From: an uncultured Planctomycetota bacterium
GTDB taxonomy: Bacteria; Planctomycetota; Planctomycetia; Pirellulales; Lacipirellulaceae
Assembly (NCBI GenBank): GCA_963719315.1
Contig: CAVRBU010000006.1
Location: 128,001-192,000, forward strand
Direction of reading: 5' to 3'
Length of the DNA stretch: 64,000 bases
Part shown: piece after piece, positions 59,119-64,000 of the stretch
Layout: every line of letters starts with the position of its first letter
How positions within the stretch are numbered: the stretch's first letter is position 1
Notes under the pieces: model-generated
Told to the model about the DNA's origin: nothing
The model's input: only the letters and a program-made list of their open reading frames with translations
Databases searched by the model: none
Position numbers and translations under genes: made by a program

Positions 59119-59190
59119 AGGGTTCAGGGTTTAGGGTTCAGCATTAAAGTCGCAATGAGAAATGAACCCTGTACCCTGAGCCCTGACCCT
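59119..59190. repeat. Inverted heptamer-repeat element (AGGGTTC / GAACCCT) between kinase and STAS genes
   Basis: agggttcagggtttagggttcag ... tgaaccctgtaccctgagccctgaccct. Confidence 0.88.
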
Positions 59191-59191
59191 T

Positions 59192-59527
59192 ATGTTTACA
59201 CAAAAACAACAAGGCGCGGTGGACGTAATCAGCGGCGGGGATCGGATCTCCGGCGAGCACGTGGCGGAGTTGTCGGCAGTGTTCGAGTCGCGATTGGGAA
59301 ATGGACAACCGCAAATCGTGCTTGATCTACAAGGCATCGCATTGATCGATAGTGCGGGCTTGGAGTTGCTGTTGGACTTTCAGGAGAAATGTCAACGGAT
59401 GGGCGGAGCGTTGAAGCTGGCCAATGCCGGCGCGCTGTGCCGGGAAGTTCTTAAGGCCACGGGTGTGGGCGCTCGCTTTGAAGTCTTTCGCGATTCGGGC
59501 GGTGCGGTGCGGAGTTTTGTGCAATGA
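59192..59527 (+). CDS. STAS domain protein (anti-sigma factor antagonist-like)
   Basis: IVLDLQGIALIDSAGLELLL. Confidence 0.9.
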   Translation: MFTQKQQGAVDVISGGDRISGEHVAELSAVFESRLGNGQPQIVLDLQGIALIDSAGLELLLDFQEKCQRMGGALKLANAGALCREVLKATGVGARFEVFRDSGGAVRSFVQ

Positions 59528-61272
59528 GTTTGTCGGCAACCAGTGAACAGCATGTGGTCGAGACCGCCGCGCCCGCTCCGCGCACGGGGCGGGCCACGCT
59601 CGGTCAGCAATTGATCGGGGCCGACCTCATCACGCCGCAGCAGTTGGATCAAGCGCTGGCCGAAGGCTCCCAAAAAGGATTGCGACTGGGCGAAACGCTG
59701 GTCGAGATGGGCATGGTGCAGGAGGACGCGATTCTGCCGTTCATCGAGAGCCATCTGGGCGTGCCGGCGATGCGGCTGCGCGACGGGATGATCGACCCGA
59801 TCGCCGTTCGTTTGCTGCCGCGTAGAGTGGCGGAGCGGCTGGACGCGATTGCACTGTTCAAGGTCCGCGACACGATCTGCGTGGCGATGGCCGACCCGCA
59901 GAACCTGGAACAGCTCGACGAAATCGAACGAGTCACCGGCCTGCGCGTGAGGCCCGTGTTCGCTTTTCGCAGTGGCATTCAGCGGACGTTGCCGCGGTGC
60001 TACGAGGAAGGTTTCGAAGTCGACACCGTGACGGCCGATCTCGACGATTCGGCCGTTCAGCTGCAAGCCGACGCGGCGGAGGTCGACCTCACCAACGTCG
60101 AGTCGATGGTCGACGGCAGCCCGATCATCAACCTCGTGAATTATTTGCTCGTGCAGGCGATTCGCGCCGGGGCGAGCGATATCCACATCGAACCGAGCCG
60201 CAAGTTTTCCGTGGTGCGATTCCGCGTGGATGGACAGATGTACGAGGCGCTGCGTCCGCGGCGCGATATGCATCCCGCGCTCGTCTCGCGCATCAAAGTC
60301 ATGTCCAAGATGGATATTGCCGAGCACAACAAGCCGCAGGACGGGCGGTTTCAGGTGACGGTGGAAGGCCGCGAAGTGGACTTTCGCGTTTCCACATTGC
60401 CCACCGTGCTCGGCGAGAAGATCGTGATGCGTATTCTCGACAAGGAGAACCTCACGTTCAGCCTCGACCTGTTGGGCTTCCCGCCGGACATGCTCAAGCA
60501 GCTCAAGCAATTATTGGCGAAGCCCTATGGCTTGTTGCTCGTTACGGGTCCGACGGGTAGCGGCAAGACGACGACGCTCTACTCGGCGCTGGAGTTGATC
60601 AAGAGCGTGCATAGCAATGTGGTTTCGGTCGAGGATCCGGTTGAGTACCAGGTCGAGCTCGTCAACCAGGTGCAGGTGGACGAGACGCGGCAGTTGTCGT
60701 TCAGTTCGGCGCTGCGGTCGATTTTGCGGCAGGACCCGGACATCATCATGATCGGAGAGATTCGCGACGTGCCCACGGCGCAAATCGCGGTGCAGGCCGC
60801 GCTCACGGGTCATCTGGTGTTGAGCACGCTCCACACGAACGACTGTGCCGGCGCCATTCACCGACTGGTCGATATGGGGATCGAGCCGTTCAAGATTGCG
60901 GCCGCGCTCGCGGGTGTGGTGGCCCAACGGCTGATTCGCACGGTGTGCCAGTCCTGCAAAACGTTCGCCTACGCGTCGGCCGAATTGTTGGAAACGATCC
61001 ACTACACGGGGGATCGCCGCCGCAGCTTCATCCGCGGCGAAGGTTGCCCGAAGTGTCACGACACGGGCTTCGTCGGCCGCACCGGCATCTACGAAGTCAT
61101 GACAATCGATCGTGAAATACGGAGCCTGATCGCCGGCCACGCCGGCACGGACGAAATCCGCGATTGCTACCGCCGCTCGGGCGGGAAGACACTGTTGGAG
61201 CAAGGAATTCGGCTAGCAGAGAAAGAGCAAACGAGTTTGGAAGAAGTGATGCGAGTGGCGTACTTTGAGTAG
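59524..61272 (+). CDS. gspE: GspE/PilB assembly ATPase
   Basis: N-terminal LGQQLI/RLGETLV segment; ASDIHIEP; GPTGSGKTT; EDPVE; LRQDPDIIMIGEIRD; LSTLHTN; CQSC..CPKC. Confidence 0.95.
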   Translation: MSLSATSEQHVVETAAPAPRTGRATLGQQLIGADLITPQQLDQALAEGSQKGLRLGETLVEMGMVQEDAILPFIESHLGVPAMRLRDGMIDPIAVRLLPRRVAERLDAIALFKVRDTICVAMADPQNLEQLDEIERVTGLRVRPVFAFRSGIQRTLPRCYEEGFEVDTVTADLDDSAVQLQADAAEVDLTNVESMVDGSPIINLVNYLLVQAIRAGASDIHIEPSRKFSVVRFRVDGQMYEALRPRRDMHPALVSRIKVMSKMDIAEHNKPQDGRFQVTVEGREVDFRVSTLPTVLGEKIVMRILDKENLTFSLDLLGFPPDMLKQLKQLLAKPYGLLLVTGPTGSGKTTTLYSALELIKSVHSNVVSVEDPVEYQVELVNQVQVDETRQLSFSSALRSILRQDPDIIMIGEIRDVPTAQIAVQAALTGHLVLSTLHTNDCAGAIHRLVDMGIEPFKIAAALAGVVAQRLIRTVCQSCKTFAYASAELLETIHYTGDRRRSFIRGEGCPKCHDTGFVGRTGIYEVMTIDREIRSLIAGHAGTDEIRDCYRRSGGKTLLEQGIRLAEKEQTSLEEVMRVAYFE

Positions 61273-61307
61273 GTGTCGGGTGTCAGGTGTCGGAAAGGAG
61301 TTTGGTG

Positions 61308-61691
61308 ATGGAGGAGCCACGTGCCAAGGTGCAGCGGTTCACCGATTTGGAGGTGTGGCGCAAGTCGCATGATTTGTTTCTTCACTTGTTGTTTGATTTA
61401 GAGTCGCTCCCAAATACGCGCCCGGCAGCGATCCTGACTGATCAGACGGTCCGTTCACTCGGCTCCATCGGAGCAAACATCGCCGAAGGGTTTAACCGAA
61501 GTAAGGCAAAATACCTGAGCAGTCTCGATATCGCGCTGGGCGAAGCCAACGAGACGGAGAGCTGGCTTTACAAGCTGCGCGATTCCAAGTTGCTCTCACG
61601 CGAAAAAACGAACGTCCACGTCGCCGAAACCATTCAAATCGAAAGGATGCTTGCCTCCCTCCATCGATCGATTTCTCGCCGTTCTTCCTGA
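61308..61691 (+). CDS. Four helix bundle protein (23S rRNA IVP / bAvd-like family)
   Basis: RFTDLEVWRKSH, DQTVRSLGSIGANIAEGF, YLSSLDIALGEANETESWL; flanked by GGTGTCR repeats (61272-61293) and their reverse complement (61687-61718). Confidence 0.93.
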   Translation: MEEPRAKVQRFTDLEVWRKSHDLFLHLLFDLESLPNTRPAAILTDQTVRSLGSIGANIAEGFNRSKAKYLSSLDIALGEANETESWLYKLRDSKLLSREKTNVHVAETIQIERMLASLHRSISRRSS

Positions 61692-61720
61692 CACCCGACA
61701 CCTGACACCCGACACCTGCG

Positions 61721-62932
61721 ATGCAATTCATCTACACCGCCAAATCGAAGCTTGGTGATATCCAAAGCGGACACATTTCCGCCGCGGATATCGAGGCGGC
61801 GAAGCGCGCGCTGCGCGAGCAGAGCCTGTTTCCCATCGCTATTCACAGGAAGACGGCGAATTCGCCGTTCAAGGCGATGTTTGCCCGCGACCGCGGCGCG
61901 CTTTCAAAACGGGATTTGCTCAGTGTGACGACGCAGTTGGCGATCATGACGCGGTCGGGCGTTGATCTGGCATCCTCGTTTCACTCGCTCTCGAACCAAT
62001 GCAGCAATCCGGCGATGAGAAAGATCCTGGCCCAAGTTCACAAGGACGTGACGGGTGGCAAAAGCATTTCCGATGCAATGCACGCCCAGGCGGCCGTGTT
62101 CGGCGACGCCTACGTCGCGAGTGTGGCGGCGGGCGAGGCGGCCGGTAAATTACCCGAGGTGCTCAATCGGTTGGCACAGTTTCAACGGTCGGAAATGCGC
62201 GTGCGGGCGACCGTTCGCACGCTGCTCGCATATCCATTGCTTCTGACCGGCGTATCGTCACTGGTGGTGATCGGACTGGTCACGTTCGTGCTGCCCAAGT
62301 TCGTGGCAATTTTCGGGCAGTTCGATGTCAGTTTGCCCGTGATCACACAGGTCGTCGTCGCGATTTCAGACGTGCTGCGGAAAAACATGTTCATCGTGGC
62401 GCCGGTCTTGGTGGCGTCGATCTTGGGGTTGATCGTGTCCCGTCACGTCGAGGGGGGCCGCAAGAAATGGGATTACGCGATGCTCAATGTGCCGCTCCTA
62501 CGCGATATCACTCGCGCCTTCTACATCGGCCGCACGTTTCGCTTGCTGGGCCTAATGATCGAAAGCGGCGTGCCACTGCTCGAAGGCTTGAAGCTCACGC
62601 GAAACTCGGTGCGGAATGTGCTCTATAAGAAGCTGTTCGACGAATTGGAAGATTCGATCTTGAACGGGCGGGGCTTGGCGGTATCGCTCATCAATGCGGG
62701 CTTTGTGCCGGCCGTGGCGGCCGAAATGATACTCACGGCCGAACGCACCGGCACGCTTGGCATGGTCACCGAGCTGATGGGTGAGCACTACGAGGAAGAG
62801 GGTGAATCGAAACTTCGCGAGATGGCGACGTTGCTGGAGCCGCTCATCATCGTCGCGATGGGTGTAGTCGTGGCCACGATCGTGATGGCCGTCATGTTGC
62901 CGATGTTCGACATTTCCACGATGGCACGTTAG
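61721..62932 (+). CDS. gspF: GspF/PilC inner-membrane platform protein
   Basis: MQFIYTA; QLAIMTRSGVDL; AGEAAGKLPEVL; YP; ESGVPLLEGL; LEPLIIV; PMF. Confidence 0.94.
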   Translation: MQFIYTAKSKLGDIQSGHISAADIEAAKRALREQSLFPIAIHRKTANSPFKAMFARDRGALSKRDLLSVTTQLAIMTRSGVDLASSFHSLSNQCSNPAMRKILAQVHKDVTGGKSISDAMHAQAAVFGDAYVASVAAGEAAGKLPEVLNRLAQFQRSEMRVRATVRTLLAYPLLLTGVSSLVVIGLVTFVLPKFVAIFGQFDVSLPVITQVVVAISDVLRKNMFIVAPVLVASILGLIVSRHVEGGRKKWDYAMLNVPLLRDITRAFYIGRTFRLLGLMIESGVPLLEGLKLTRNSVRNVLYKKLFDELEDSILNGRGLAVSLINAGFVPAVAAEMILTAERTGTLGMVTELMGEHYEEEGESKLREMATLLEPLIIVAMGVVVATIVMAVMLPMFDISTMAR

Positions 62933-62950
62933 GCAAGAAGGAGTAAGAAA

Positions 62951-63238
62951 ATGAACCTACCGAAATGGCAACGAGTTGCGATGGCAGTCGCATTGACCAT
63001 GGGCGGCGTTATCGCAGGGGCGAACATGTCGCCGATCAATGTGGCGCATGGCGAGGTTCGCGGAACGCCCGAACCGCCGGCGTTCCAAAGCGGCAGCGTT
63101 CCGATCCTGCGAGAAATCTCGGCAACGCTGCGGCAAATGGACGGCCGTTTGGCACGGTTGGAAACCGTGGCCTTGAAACTGCAAACCGCGGCGGCTCGCA
63201 GTGCTGCGCCGGCGGATCCGTCGAATGCGGCGAATTGA
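62951..63238 (+). CDS. Small exported coiled-coil protein
   Basis: Signal-like N-terminus; ILREISATLRQMDGRLARLE. Confidence 0.65.
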   Translation: MNLPKWQRVAMAVALTMGGVIAGANMSPINVAHGEVRGTPEPPAFQSGSVPILREISATLRQMDGRLARLETVALKLQTAAARSAAPADPSNAAN

Positions 63239-63267
63239 TTTCCGGGAGCGATTGGAACTGTTTGTGA

Positions 63268-63337
63268 TGTAGCTGAATTCGCAAGAATTCGGCGGCTGAA
63301 ATGGGTGCGTGGCTGAATTCTTGCGAATTCAGCCACG
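63268..63337. repeat. GTAG-type REP doublet
   Basis: tgtagctgaattcgcaagaattcggc ... gctgaattcttgcgaattcagccac; related copy at 55022-55050. Confidence 0.7.
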
Positions 63338-63349
63338 GCCGGGAGAGCA

Positions 63350-64000
63350 TTGGTCTTGGCACTTTCGCAGCGACTAGGTTGGATCGGCGTCGACGTGGGG
63401 ACACACACGGTGAAGCTCGCGCAAGTCGTGCGCGACGGCGCCAGTGTGCGCTTGCACCGAGCGGCAGTGATTCAGCGCCCCGCCACCTGGAGCGGGGAGG
63501 ACTCACTGGCGCAGGATCAGCCGATCACGTCGCAGCCGGAAATCAGTGCGGCGCTCGAATGCGGCGGATTCACGGGCCGCAACGCGATCTGCGCGTTGCC
63601 CATGAATGTGTGCCAATTGCGGAGTCTGAATATTCCGCCCGGGAGCGACGAGGAGCGCCGCACGATCATTGCCGACGAACTGGCCGAGGATTGGAGCGAG
63701 CTTGGCAATCCGATGGAGTTCGATTTCTGGGAGATGGATGGCAGTCGAGGCGATAAGAATGCGGACTCGTGCAACGTGAGCGTCATCGCCGCATCGCGTT
63801 TGTGGATCGGGCAGGTGTGGCGCGATTGCCGCCGGAGCGGCATGGATTGCTGGGCGATCGATGGGTTGCCGTTGGCGATGGCTCGCGCGGTCGGCATGGC
63901 CGGCGGCTTGGGCGGAGGCCGGCGGGCGTTGGCTGTCGATTGGGGTTTTTCGAACACGACGCTGTGTATCGTGGGGGACCAGCGCCGCTTTACAGCCGGC
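63350..64000 (+). CDS. PilM-like actin-fold pilus assembly protein, 3'-truncated by the window
   Basis: Open frame from TTG 63350 (after GGAGA): GWIGVDVGTHTVKLAQV...FTGRNAICALP...LAVDWGFSNTT; absent from the ORF track because it has no stop in the window. Confidence 0.8.
   Translation, partial: MVLALSQRLGWIGVDVGTHTVKLAQVVRDGASVRLHRAAVIQRPATWSGEDSLAQDQPITSQPEISAALECGGFTGRNAICALPMNVCQLRSLNIPPGSDEERRTIIADELAEDWSELGNPMEFDFWEMDGSRGDKNADSCNVSVIAASRLWIGQVWRDCRRSGMDCWAIDGLPLAMARAVGMAGGLGGGRRALAVDWGFSNTTLCIVGDQRRFTAG

Overview
A GC-rich bacterial chromosomal segment. The gene content (HYExAFE protein, PEP-CTERM proteins, ptsI-rne-rplU order, pilin-like cluster) suggests a planctomycete of the Pirellulales type; this is an inference. 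Core genes: peptide ABC transporter, class II ribonucleotide reductase nrdJ with tandem NrdR boxes, hpf-ptsN-ptsH-ptsI-rne-rplU, hisS, DegT aminotransferases, and a T2SS/type IV pilus-like cluster with an embedded response regulator, histidine kinase and STAS protein. Accessory content: two IS elements, toxin-antitoxin-like pairs, and a co-oriented array of small genes downstream of rplU. Several conserved genes carry single-base frameshifts, most likely assembly indels. The main non-standard signals are three. (1) Two four-helix-bundle (bAvd/23S-IVP-like) genes are each bracketed by inverted arms of locus-specific 7-bp tandem repeats, and about ten ORF-less versions of the same hairpin sit mostly at stop-to-start gene junctions, suggesting a mobile or mRNA-intervening element family. 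(2) Cargo genes are flanked by diverged duplicates of neighbouring gene ends (nrdJ 3' end; methyltransferase 5' end fused to a membrane-gene 3' end), as if alternative alleles of one slot were stacked without an integrase. (3) Several candidate structured non-coding RNAs. No rRNA, tRNA or CRISPR array was recognised.
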